Positions 12,218-24,056 of a stretch of DNA of 64,000 nt are shown here, piece by piece. The first letter of the stretch is position 1, and each line of letters begins with the position of its first letter. The position numbers and the translations under genes are program-made. Under the pieces are notes generated by a model. That model worked only from the letters and a program-made list of their open reading frames with translations, searched no databases and had not been told where the DNA came from. Origin of the DNA: Negaprion brevirostris (taxonomy: Eukaryota); contig JARDVH010000097.1 in assembly GCA_030324005.1 (NCBI GenBank), positions 35,673,945 through 35,737,944 on the forward strand, in the 5' to 3' direction.

Positions 12218-14665
12218 CATAACATAGGAATTATAAGAACTAGGAGCACAAGTGGGCAATTCAGTCCCTGGACTTTGCTCTGCCATCCAATACGATAATG
12301 GCTGGTTCATCTTGGCCTCAACTCCATTTACCTGCCATTCATCATTGTAGTTCAAACCCCTACTAATTAAAATTCTGTCCACCTCTTTCTTAAATTTACT
12401 CAAAATCCCACATTCACCACACCCTGGGGTAGTAAATCCCACAGACTCGCAACCCTTTGAGAGAAGTAATTTCTCCTCTTTTTAAATCTGCTACTCCTTA
12501 TCCTAAAGCTAAAACCTCTTGTTCTAGATTGCTGTACAAGAGAAACATCTTCTCCATGTCTACTTTGTCATTCCTTCTTATCATCTTGTACATCTTAGTT
12601 AGATCTCCCCTCGTTCTTCTAACTCCAGGAAAGAGTGGCCTAAATGGCCCAATATGTCTTCATAAGTCAATCCCTCACATCTGGAATCAATCTACTGAAC
12701 TTCCTCCAAACCACCAACTGCATCCTCCCTCAAGTCAGGGGACCAAAACGGCACATAATATTCTAAGTGTGGTTTCACTAATGCTTCGTACAGTAGCAGC
12801 AACTCTTCATTAATTTTATATCCTATTCCTTAAGCAATAAGTGCTAAGATTTAATTTGCGTTCCTTTATTATGTGCTGTACTTGCTAGTACTAGTTTTCT
12901 GATTCATGCACGACAACACCCAAGTCCCTCTGCACCAAAGCACTTTTCTCTCCGTTTAGATAATTTGCCTTTGTATTTTTCCTACCAAAGTGTTTCACAT
13001 CACACTTGTCCACACTAAACTCCATCTGCCAAGTGTTGTCCCATTCACCTAACCTATCCATATCCATATGTAAATTTCTTGTTTCATTATTGCAACTTTC
13101 TATCCCACCTATTTTAGTGTCATCTGCAAATTTGGCAATGTACCACTGCATCCAAATCATTGATATAGATTGTAAATAATTTGGGGTCTGAGGGCCGAAC
13201 CCTGTGGCACCCCGCTAGTTACATCCTGCCAACCTGAGGAAAAACTCATTTTTCTCAACTCTGCTTTCTGATGGTTAGCTAATCCCCTATCCAAGCTAAT
13301 AAATTACCCATAATCCCATGTGAAGTAACTTTGAGTATTAAACCTTTTGTATGGCACCTTCTGGAAATCCAGATAAACTACATCCACAGGAATTCCATTA
13401 TCCACCTTCCTTGTTACATCTTCGAAGAACTCAAGCAAATTAGTCAAATATAATTTACCCTTCATAAAACCACGCAAACTCTGACCAATTGCATTTTGAG
13501 TTTCTAAATGTCCAGTTATTACCTCCTTTATAATGGACCCTAACAATTTCCCAGTGGCAGATGTTAAACTAATTAGCCTCTGGTTTCCTTCATTTTGCCT
13601 CCCTCCCTTTTCGAATAAGGCATTATATTAGCATTTTTCCAATCTACTGGAACCATTCCTGCATCCAGGGAATTTTGGAATATTGTAACCAATGGATCTA
13701 ACGCCATTTCCTTTAAGACTCTGGGATGAAGGCCATCAGGCCCTGGGGATTTGCCTGCCTCCAATCCCAGAAGTTTGCTCAGTACTTCTTCCCCAGTGAT
13801 AGTTCTGAGTTCCTCCCTTTCTATAACGTCTGCATTTTCTGTTTCTATCGGGATGATACTCATTTCCTCTGCTGAGAAAACAGGCAAAACGTTGACTGTG
13901 TCTCAGCCATTTCTGCATGCGCCACTATCAAGTCCCCAGCCTCATTTTCAATGGGACCAATAATCACTTTAGCTACTGTCTCTCTTCATATACTTTTTGT
14001 TGTCCATTTTTATATTTTGCGCAAGTTTTCTTTCATAATTTACCTTTGCTCTTTATATTACTTTCTTAGTGACCCTTTGTTGATCTTTAAATCTTTCCAA
14101 TTCAGACTCATCTCTAACCTGTACTCCTACCTTTAACTTTGACTTCCTAATTTTTCATGCAAGTGAACCCTCACCCCCACTATTTAGTTGAAAGCACTCC
14201 CTACTTCCCTAATAATATGGTCTACAAGAACTCTGGTCTCAGCATCATTCAGTTGTAGGCCCTCCCATGGTAGAGCCTCCATTTTCCCCAGTATTTATGC
14301 CACTGTCCACAAACCAAAACCCACTTCTCTGATGCCAGTCTCTGAGCCATCTATTAATCTCTCTAATGTTATGTGCCGTAGCCAATTTGCATGTGACTCA
14401 GATAATAATCCAGGAGGAGGTTCTATTTTTTAATACAGTGCTTGATTCCTCAAACTGCCTACACAGAACCTCCATCTTATTGGCACCAACATGGACCATG
14501 ATCATGGGATATTCCCTCTCCCACTGCAAATTTCTCTTCAGCCCAGAGCAGATATCCTGAACCCCAGCACCAGATAGGCAACACAGCCTTCGAGACTCTC
14601 GATCCTGGCTGCAGAGAACAGTGTCTATTCTCCTGACTATCCCTAACTACTCCTATCATCTGCAA
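12218..14665 (-). mobile_element. CR1 LINE with internal deletion: ORF1 SGNH-esterase remnant joined to RT and 3' tail
   Basis: KSPGPDGLHPRVLKE, GFMKGK..LTNLLEFFE, VYLDFQK, GVPQGS.L, KFADDTKIGG, RDLGV; tail cataggaattataagaac at 12218; 14130-14665 reads like the CR1 ORF1 esterase (GDS.., MVHVGAN, SGLL.E.HANW, GL.LN). Confidence 0.9.
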
Positions 14666-15449
14666 AGCAGGCTCAAGGGAAGGGTTGTTGAATCAAGAAA
14701 CAGACTGGATCAATCTGCTAGCCTTTTTGCTCTGACATCCTGCACAATCTGGTGAAGGCAAGTGGTCTAGAGAGAGTGATATGAAAGTGTTGGACTGCTG
14801 TTTAAATATAGTGCTGGGACTTCGAACCCACCAGCTGACAGCAGGCAGACGAATCAGCAGCCAGTCAGCCAGAGATTCAGAGAGGAACTTCCCTGTGCAT
14901 AATTAATCCCACTATTGTGGCCAGTGAGAGAGGTTCGAGCTGCCCATCCTCACACTTAATCACAGAAACTGAAAATTCCACCCATTAACTCTCCTGACCT
15001 GCAGAGTATTCCAAGCATTTTCTGTTTTTCATATTTTCAGCTTCTGTAGCTTTTTTTAGCGTTATTAATGATTCCTTTCCCATCATTCCCCATTATAGTT
15101 ACAATTGTTGTTTTCATCAGTATTGTGACGCAAGGTGTACGTCTCAATAATTGGCTGATTTAATGAAACAGCATGTTGATTGTGTTGTTCATAATAGGCA
15201 GAGTGCAAACTGTACCCAACCAGCCCATGCTTGTAAAACCCATGACAAAATGCCTGCAATGAGTGGGCTGCACTTGAATTATCCTGAGCACTCTAATAGC
15301 TGCACTAACAACCAAGTTTGGACCATCAGTGGAATTGTAATGTGGCTCTTTTAGCTTACTAGAGGTGACATACAGGGACCAATATTCTGTAGCAGAAGGA
15401 GTGTGTTCAAGACTTGCACCTTTTTTGAATTACCAGGTAACAGAGAGCT

Positions 15450-15656
15450 TATAAGAACACAAGAACATAAGAAATAGGAGCAGGAGTAGGCCTTCGAGCC
15501 TGCCCTGCCATTCAATAAGATCATGGCTGATCTGTCATGTCTCAGTTTCACATTCCTGCCCTCTCCCCATAACCCTTAGTCCCCTTGCCTATCAAAAACC
15601 TATCAACCCGCGTCTTAAATATATTTAGCGAGGCAGCCTCCACCACTTCAACGGGC
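15450..15656 (-). mobile_element. CR1 3' end, cut by assembly gap
   Basis: (ataagaac)n tail; PVEVVEAASLNIFKTRVDRFL..KG.KGYG. Confidence 0.85.
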
Positions 15657-15756
15657 NNNNNNNNNNNNNNNNNNNNNNNNNNNNNNNNNNNNNNNNNNNN
15701 NNNNNNNNNNNNNNNNNNNNNNNNNNNNNNNNNNNNNNNNNNNNNNNNNNNNNNNN

Positions 15757-15990
15757 GCACCAGTAGCCCTTCTGCACCAGGATTCCCTTATTACACCAGG
15801 AGTTTCTCTGCACCAGGATTTTCTTACTGCATCAGGAATCTCACTGCACTAGTACTCCCTCTGCGCCAGGATTCTCTCTCTGCACCAGGATTCCCTCACT
15901 GCATCAGGAGTCTTATTGAACCAGTAATCTCACCCCACCAGCAGTCCCTCTGCATCAGGATTCTCTCTTAATCCTGGTGCAGAGAGAGAA
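15757..15990. repeat. Minisatellite of 17-19 bp units (CTGCACCAGGAnTC..), about 12 visible units, last unit inverted
   Basis: ctgcaccaggattccctta / ctgcaccaggattttctta / ctgcatcaggaatctca / ctgcgccaggattctctct ...; begins at a gap edge. Confidence 0.85.
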
Positions 15991-15991
15991 T

Positions 15992-16152
15992 ATGTGCAGG
16001 TTAGGTGAATTGGTCAGGCTAAATTGCTCCTTAGTGTTGGGGGACTAACTAGGGTAAATGCATGGGCTTATGGGGATAGGGCTTGAGTAGGATTGTGGTC
16101 GGTGTAGAGACAATGGGCCGAATGGCCTCCTTTTGAATGATAGGATTCCATG
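15992..16152 (+). mobile_element. HE1 SINE, 3' half
   Basis: atgtgcaggttaggtgaattgg...gggccgaatggcctcctt...taggattccatgat. Confidence 0.85.
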
Positions 16153-17993
16153 ATCATCTTGTCTCACTGCCCTCGGAGCCAAATATTGAAAATCATTGAC
16201 TGGCTGCTTCACAAGAAACAATTACATATTTTCCCAAATATTATTGAAAAATCAGCTCAGTTTATTCATTTCACAGAAAAAAAAGGAGATTTTTCTAAAC
16301 ATTATGATAACAATAACCTTAGTTTGATCTTTGGCTCTTTGATTTAAAATGCCAAACAAAAAGTAGATTAAGAGCTGCAGAATTAGAACTCAATGCCTGA
16401 GTGTAAAATTGGCTAAGAAATTGCTGAAAATGTAATTTCTACAGTTTATATAATGGATGGTTCATCCGCAATGTCAGTTTTACATCTGGGCACCAAGTTG
16501 AAAATCTACCCACACTCCAAGGAAATTAAAAACAAAGAGATTTAGAGATTCTACAAAAAGCATGCTCTGTTGGAGCTCCCAGTCCTTCCTTGAGAAATCT
16601 CCAGGAACTTTAATACCCTCCAGAGAAACTGGAACAAAAAGTCCTGAGTCTCCAACCATCTGACACAAACGTTACAAAGTGAGCAAAGATCAATAGTACT
16701 AAACCATATTTCACCACACATTACAGGGATAGAATATGCCACAGAGAATAAGTTATGGAGTATTGTTCTACATTTGTTTCATTACAGAAAGAAGGCTTAG
16801 CCTAAAGAAAGAGTGATGGCTTCTGAATAACCTAGACCCTAAAATCTGTACTAAAATATAAAATCATGCTGAGTATCATAATAATTCTGTCTTTACAATC
16901 AGAGTTTATCTCCTTTGTTCACATTAGTGCCAGGGAGCTTTGGTGCTGAGGGTGAGGAGTGTAAATTTTAGTATACTGTGTGACTCACCACTTTTCCCAT
17001 CATTTTAAATGGTTAGTAAATTGTACTTGGTGCAATTTGGAATTTCTGATATGTGCTCTCAGCAGTTATGACTGTTCACCTGCAGTCTGAAGTTAGAAAT
17101 GCACCAATATGACACATTTTAAAAGTCCTATTTTGTCACTTGCTACCTTGTGTGATCGGATTTGATCCTGCTTAAAATCAGAAATCCATCCTGTCTCCAA
17201 GAAGTGATGTTACCTGCATGAAATATGATCTTTTTATTGGAGTTCAGCATTCAAATCAGCTTCCTCTCTCAAGCAAACCACACAAACGAACAGTTCATGC
17301 TGTAATTAAAAGTGATAGATGAACAATCTCACAGGATGAAAATTACAGGCTTATTCCTCCATTACTACGTTCCCAGAGTAGCTGAATGCAAAACTGACAA
17401 GTTTTGATCTCGAAAATGAACAGCAGTATTTAGATGCCTATAAATAATGCAGCAATTTGATGAAATGCTGTGCAAGAAACAAGGACCTTTCACATCAGCT
17501 GTGGTTGAATCTTCAACTTTTCTTGACCTTAGATTAATTTGAAGGAGAACTTGGCTTGTGTACTAAATATTCTCACACAGGAAACGGAAGCTGGCCGAAG
17601 TACTTGCAATAACAGCAATCAGTGATCTAGATATTAAATTCTCCATAGGCTGACACAACATGGTCCGTCAGCGACTGGCAAATGTGAAACTTCCTTTCGG
17701 TAAACAGGCTCTTATGCTCCTTTGTTATTCGCACTAGAAGGATCAATCAAGCAGTGGGGTTTTATGCTTACCATGACCATGCTGTAGATGATGTATGGTC
17801 TGAGGAATGTGGCAGTTGGCAGTCCCTTAACAGTCTGTACTTCTGTTCAGCCGTTCACACGTTCTGATCTCTTAATGGGCACTTTTAGCACTTTTCTCAG
17901 CCTTCTTCATTATCATTTAGATTCCCTTTGTCCTATTACAACCCCCCACCCTCTCAGTATAAATCTCTTCTGATTTTCTTTGCTCCTAGCTCT

Positions 17994-18164
17994 GGAATGC
18001 ACTGCCAAGTAAAGTGGTTGAGACAGATCGTTTGAGACCTATCTAGATAGCCACATGAACAGACTGGGAATAGAGGGATACAAACGAATGGTCTAGTTAG
18101 GCTCATGAGCGACGCAGGCTTGGATGGCCGAAGGGCCTGTTTCAGTGATGTATTGTTCTTTGTT
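17994..18164 (+). mobile_element. CR1 3' end (5'-truncated)
   Basis: ggaatgcactgcc...gtggttgagacaga...ggccgaagggcctgtttc...(tgttctt)n tail. Confidence 0.8.
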
Positions 18165-18209
18165 CTGCTCAAGGTTGATCCAGATTCAACGCTGGCTTCA
18201 TTCTCTCTC

Positions 18210-18412
18210 GATGTGGAGATGTCAGCGTTGGACTGTGGTAAACACAGTAAGAAGTCTCACAACATCAGATTAAAGTCCAACAGGTATATTTGGTAGCAAA
18301 AGCCACTAGCTTTCGGGTTGCCGCCCCTTCGTGAGGTAATCAGGTACCTGACAAAGGGGCAGCACTCCAAAAGCTAGTGGCGTTTGCTACCAAATAAATC
18401 TGTTGGACTTTA
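18210..18412. mobile_element. Mini Penelope inverted element (two pseudo-LTR ends back to back)
   Basis: taaagtccaacagg...gccactagctttcgg mirrored by ccaaaagctagtggc...tgttggacttta around the centre near 18340; tail on the left arm only. Confidence 0.8.
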
Positions 18413-20469
18413 ATCAATTTTCTCTGCACAGATGCTGTCAAACCTGCTGAGATTTTCCAACATTTGCTGTTGTAATTCCAACCATAGATTCTCCTTATCA
18501 TCTTGGTGATTTTTCACCAAGACCTTTGAACCAGCATTGACCCTTCGGTTAACAGGATCTTCCAGTCCCACTCAAGACTACCATGATTTGGTTCCCAGGT
18601 GGCATGGCCGATGAGCAATGTAAATAGCCATTGACTTCAACAAAATCAAAAGATCTGCTGGCCAAGGGTGAGTGCATCTGCTGACGGAAAATCCATCCTC
18701 GTGGGGGGTAGGACACTCCTTGTGTTTGCTTCATGCTTGGTGTCTAATGAATCTTAATTTAGTCTTGCTTTNNNNNNNNNNNNNNNNNNNNNNNNNNNNN
18801 NNNNNNNNNNNNNNNNNNNNNNNNNNNNNNNNNNNNNNNNNNNNNNNNNNNNNNNNNNNNNNNNNNNNNNNNNNNNNNNNNNNNNNNNNNNNNNNNNNNN
18901 NNNNNNNNNNNNNNNNNNNNNNNNNNNNNNNNNCAGCAGGATAGAAGAATCCTGGTGTGAACGGCTGGAGAAATTTGCCCATAGAAATTATTGCCCAGTT
19001 TGTCACCTAGCAAAAGCTTCTGTAAAGGCCTCTTCACAATCTGTAAACTTTCTTCTGTGACACAACTCAATGCTGGGTGAAATGCTGGAATTTAAATGTG
19101 TTTGACTCCATTATTACTCAGAAATATTTCAAACTTTTCTGATATAAACTGTTGAAAATTATCTGACGCCAACATATCTGGCAACCAATAAATTCCCTAA
19201 GACAACTCCTTAAACCCTCAATAGTTTTGGCACTTGTGGTATTGGGCATAGACTCAACATTTATCCATTTGATAGATCTATCCAGCAAAACAAGGTACTC
19301 CTTCACCCCCACAACCCCCCCTCAAAAAAATTAACATGTACCCATTTCCTCAGTTTTCTTGTGTTTGACCATGCAATGAAAGGAACTTTATGTGGGCCAT
19401 TTCGCTTTCTATGAAACACTCCACAACTTTTCACTGGTTCTTCAATATGTCCATGCACTTTCGGATGCTTAAAATAGCTTCTTGCTGCTGCTTTCAAATG
19501 GACAATCCCCAGGTGCTCTTGATGACGTTTCTCTAACAATCTTTTTCTAAACCTTGATGGAATAATGACTCTTAAGCCCCGTAGGAGACAGCCTTGATCT
19601 ACACTCAGTTTATTTCTACATGTGAAATATTCCTGCAATTTCTCATCTTGACACTGTTTAGACCAGCCATTCATGGCATAATTAAGCACTTTACTTAGTA
19701 CTACATCCTTGCAAGTTTCCTCGCTAATTTTTCTGGCAGACATCGGGGTGTCAGTTATGTATGCAAAGTATTTCACAGGTGACCTATTGGCTCAAAATTA
19801 ATCAGTCTTCATGAGAAGTCTTGAAAGAACATTTGCATTATGTGCTCGCTTACAATATTTAATATTATACAGATGGGCCATCAAAATCAATGCCCATCTC
19901 TGAAGCCATGCTGCTGCATGCGATAGTTCACTTTTCTTTTTCAGATATGGTTGTAAGGGCTTCGTGGCCAATCAACAAAGTGAACTTCTATTAAACAAGT
20001 ATTTGTGGAATTTAGTAACACCATAAATGATCACCAATGCCTCTTTCTCAACTTGTAACTGATTTTTCTCTGACTTTATTAAATTACACGAAACATGCAA
20101 TATAGATTTCTCCATACCATCTTCCAATTTGTGTGATAACAACACATAGGACCCTCGTAATAAAGCATCACACAGTAAAAACCATTTTTTATTGGGATGA
20201 CAGTGAGTCAAAACAGCATCACTAGCCAGTATTTTTTTCAATTTTTTAAATACTAGCTGACACTCTACAGGCCATTCTGAATCTATTCCACCTTTTAGTA
20301 ATTGATACAGTGGTGTAAATGTATTGGTTAAGTCAGAGATTAATTTATAATAATACACAATAATCCCTATGAATGTTCTAAGTTATTCGTTGTTCTCTCA
20401 TCTCTTTGCTTTCAAAATCCCTTCTCATTTGTTGGATGGGATACCTTCAGCAACTATTTGGTGAGCCAG

Positions 20470-20718
20470 GTTTTTTTTCTATTCATTCGCAGGTTCATGG
20501 ACATCACTGGCTGGCCAGCATTTATTGCCTATCCCTAGTTCTCCTGTGGCTCTGAAGTCACATGTAGGCCAGACAATGGCAGATTTCCTTCCTAAAGGAT
20601 ATTGGTGAACCAGATTGGTTTTTCCAACAATCGACAATGGTTTCATGATCGTCAGTAGATTCTTAATTCAAGATTTTTTAAATCAAATTCAAATGACACC
20701 ATCATGGTGAGATTCAAA
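20470..20718 (-). mobile_element. SINE sharing its 3' tail with the Zenon-like LINE
   Basis: Tail ttttttctattcattc...ctggctggccagcatttattgcctatccct resembles the LINE tails at 33255, 38113 and 49410; body gatttccttcctaaaggatattggtgaaccaga...; B-box-like gagattcaaa. Confidence 0.65.
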
Positions 20719-20719
20719 T

Positions 20720-20823
20720 AGAACGTGCAAATGCCACGCAGTCAGTACCAAGGGCCAGTATTGAACCCAGGTCCCTGATGTTGTGAGGCAGCAGTGCCAA
20801 CCACTGTGTCATCGTGCTGCCCT
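20720..20823 (-). mobile_element. HE1 SINE 5' head
   Basis: gaacccaggtccctg...gtgaggcagcagtgccaaccactgtgtcatcgtgctgccc. Confidence 0.85.
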
Positions 20824-20972
20824 AAATGTTACATTTGTATGGTGTGTTACACTTGAAACCATGAAGTAACACTTTGGGCTTTTTTAGCTTTAATGCCATA
20901 TTCTTAAAGTAGACCTAGGACTTTGTTCATTCTTATAATGCGCTCTTTCTCTGTCTTACTGTTGATCAGTAT

Positions 20973-21459
20973 AGAACATAGAAAAACTACAGCACAAACA
21001 GGCCCTTTGGCCCATAAGTTGCACCGATGATATCCATACATACTAGGCTTACCTGTAACCCTCAATTCTATTAAGTTCCATGTACTCATCCAGAAGTCTT
21101 TTGAAAGACCCTATCGAATTTGCCTCCACCACNNNNNNNNNNNNNNNNNNNNNNNNNNNNNNNNNNNNNNNNNNNNNNNNNNNNNNNNNNNNNNNNNNNN
21201 NNNNNNNNNNNNNNNNNNNNNNNNNNNNNNNNTCTCCTCTGCACACTTTCAATAGCTTCCACATCCTTCCTGTAATGAGTCGACCAGAACTGAGCACAGT
21301 ATAGCAAGAGAGGTCTGACTAGGGTCTTATAAAGCTGCAACATTATCTCCCAACTCCTAAACTCAATCCCTCGATTGAGTACACCATACGCCTTCTTAAC
21401 CATATCCTCTACCTGCGAGGCCGATATAAGAATTCTATGGACCCAGACCCCAAGACCCT
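20973..21459 (-). mobile_element. CR1 3' fragment with 7-bp TSD, inserted in Gypsy RT
   Basis: LYKTLVRP.L.YCAQFWS...IESVQRR; (atagaac) tail; tcagtat at 20966-20972 and 21460-21466. Confidence 0.9.
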
Positions 21460-21864
21460 TCAGTATGGTATCTGAAAAGCAGCACACTCTTCATTCCACT
21501 TCATTCCTGATCCATGACCTTCTGGAACTCCGTGCGAGCCGCAGACAGCCCAATGGATAACCGTTTAAACTGATGTAACTCTTTATCTGTATGAAAAGTA
21601 AGCAATTTCTTGTTGTTATCAGTTAATTCTAATTGCAAATATGCATTATACAGATCAATCTAATTAAATGTCTTCTCATTTGCTAAATTAAAAAGCAAAT
21701 CTTCACTGGCAGACAGTGGGTAACTATCATTCTCAATCACCTTACTTACTGTTTGTTTACAATCAGTACAAATCTGAACAGACCTTTCTGTTTTTTGAAC
21801 TACCACAATGGGTGCAGCCCATTCACTGCACTTCATCTTCTTCGTTGTCTCAATCTTTCTAATT

Positions 21865-22436
21865 CAGAGTTTCCCAAACTGGGTTCCCATTCTATTGGGT
21901 GCATCCAAGGGTCCCAAGGTAGGCTAGGCTGATACTTAAAATTTGAAAACTGCTATGAAAAGTTGCTTGTCTAATCAGTGGCTGGTTTCTCCTACATTAG
22001 CTGTTGATGTGCCCTTTGAGTTAGTGAATGAGTGTGTGTGTGTGGTGTCAGAGACAGCAAAATGCGTGTACATGTGTAGAAGAGTGAAGTGCATGTGCGC
22101 ATCTGATATGAGAATCTAGCTTTCCAGCACCATTCCTAATATTAAACAAGTTTGTGAACAAAGAAGCAGTGTCACCCTCCCATTAAAAATGACAAAAAGA
22201 TAAGTTTAAGTAAGCAACTTTAGTACTTTATTGAATAACATAATTTCTTAATTATAATAAATGCATACATGTAAGAAATAGAAAAGACTCTTTCAAATTT
22301 GTTTTTGTATGCTTGTTGCAATTGCACAAAATAATCATTCTTTTTGTGGTTTAACTCTTCAACACGATGTGAGGTTCTGCTTGTATTTTTGGGAGGCCAA
22401 AAGACTTCCGTAGCTAGAAAGTTTTGGGAAATCCTG
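21865..22436. mobile_element. Non-autonomous hAT-Charlie element (MITE) inserted in Gypsy pol
   Basis: TIRs cagagtttcccaaact / agttttgggaaatcctg; left flank ttctaatt fits NNNTANNN, right flank ttttcata matches 5/8; Gypsy peptide resumes on both sides. Confidence 0.75.
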
Positions 22437-23544
22437 TTTTCATATATTCAGTTCTTACTGCTTCAAACTGTCAATAAGGCTAACTTTGCAAAATATAGGC
22501 TGTACTTTGCCTTTTATCTTGTTGGGTTCTCCTGAGATGAAACAGAAATGCAACACTGTATATGTTTAAAAATTATATCCTCATTGCTATTTCTTATTTT
22601 AAAACTTTTCTGCTGAATAAAGACAATTAAAGTAGTTGACCCTTGTTTGGGATTTATCCCCTCTAGTGTCCGAAAAAACAGTTCTCTCAATTTTGGGAAT
22701 CTGATACCTCATTATGCCTAAAGAGCTACCAACAGACAACCTGAGACTGTTAAACCAATTTCAAAGAATGCCATATGAAGGCCTTTTGTACTCGATGAGC
22801 AAATCTTGCTCGCAGAGTTAGGGTATCTACTGAGACAATGGCTTCTCAAATACCAGCCCCTCAACATAAATGACAGCCCTTTCAACCTATAAAGACTGAG
22901 ATCTTATCAGTCCTGAAAACAAAACCAATTCCAGATGTGGGATATACATCCCTTTCGAAGCCATTATAAAGGAGGAAGGTCACATGACCAAAGATTCTGA
23001 TCCTTGGAACAGTTCTGGACTGCACACCCAGTTTGCTGTTGTACCATCTAACTGGCAAGCTACAAAGTAGCCAGTTCTCTACAGGCAGGATAACTGGCCT
23101 ATTTAACCTGACTCTGCAGGAAGATTACTTACCATCACCTACAGCATCAATTCAAATTCTCTGTGCTTACTTCATCTTTCAAAATCGATGCCACCTAAAA
23201 TCCCCACTTTCACAAAACTGATCTTCAGCCAGCCAAACTGAAAGCATCTATGTGAAATAATTTCTCATTGGATTCTGACTTTGGAGCACTGAACTCACAT
23301 GAACTAATATTCAGTTTTTATTTACACCTCCCCAACATATGATAAAATGCTCAAATCTTGCAATATACTACATTTTCTATTCACTCTTTCCCATAGTTGT
23401 TTACTCCTTAGTTGAGTTCAGTTTAATCACTACCAGTTGCAATCAGTGCTCCAACACATGGGCCTGGATTTACCTCCTGGCAGTCATTATAGAGCAGAAG
23501 GAGCCATTATAAAAGGGTGGGTTGGGACCCTTGGAAGTAATCCT

Positions 23545-24056
23545 TGTTATGCTTGAAAGGGTTAAACATCATACAAGTTTAAAAATCACAGAAGCCGCAA
23601 GATGAACCTAAGTCACAAAAGGTCACTATATGCAAATGGCAGGTTTTGATTAAAGTAAGCACAGATAATGCTCAAGGACTATCTAATCGAATGATTTGCA
23701 GTTCATGTCTGCCCATTAGAACAAGGAACAATGGAAAGAAAGGTTGAGATATCATTGGTCAGCGATATAGCTATCATTTCTTGATGATATGACATGCTCA
23801 AGTTTTAATTGGACATTGTACCTTATGGATGCATGATGTAACCATATCTATGATTGGGTAGAGATAACTACTATTCTGTTATTGGTATATGCTAATTACT
23901 TGCGATCAAAGCTGAGTCTTTAATTGTCAATATATTTTGAATTTTTCACTGGGCATTCAGGGTCCTGAAAGTTCATTTTGAGACCGCTTTGTTACTTTCT
24001 TTGGCTAGTTGAGGGGAACAATAGTTTTTAAATACAACAAGTAAACCATCATAACA
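23545..24056. mobile_element. Candidate solo LTR (512 bp)
   Basis: Perfect terminal inverted 7-mers TGTTATG...CATAACA; four ATTGG (CCAAT) boxes and an ATGCAAAT octamer inside; TSD not clear. Confidence 0.6.

Larger units (their letters stand above)
17835..18475 (+). mobile_element. Penelope-related non-coding 3' element (family 2), split by two insertions
   Basis: ttctgatctcttaatgg..cac...cagtataaat...agctctg and acagatgctgtcaaacctgctgagattttccaacatt are colinear with the reverse complement of 58930-59200. Confidence 0.7.
18480..22560 (-). mobile_element. Decayed Ty3/Gypsy LTR-retrotransposon pol (RT-RNaseH-integrase order), multiply interrupted
   Basis: PIFCK (about 22490), SEWAAPIVVVQK..QIC.D.KQTV..YPL..DLYNAYLQL..FKRL.IGLSAA..FQKVMDQ (21500-21840), CFSDTIL (decayed xDD), RNase H EKEALVIIYGVTKFHKYLF, zinc-finger H.EHLGIV...V.SC, integrase core LVLLD..IKW. 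Confidence 0.9.

Noticed and set aside
15757-15990. CRISPR-like array
   Set aside because: Contiguous degenerate units without unique spacers, eukaryotic context and no cas genes
17581-17653. Possible coding exon KRKLAEVLAITAISDLDIKFSIG*
   Set aside because: Short, no recognisable homology and no partner exons
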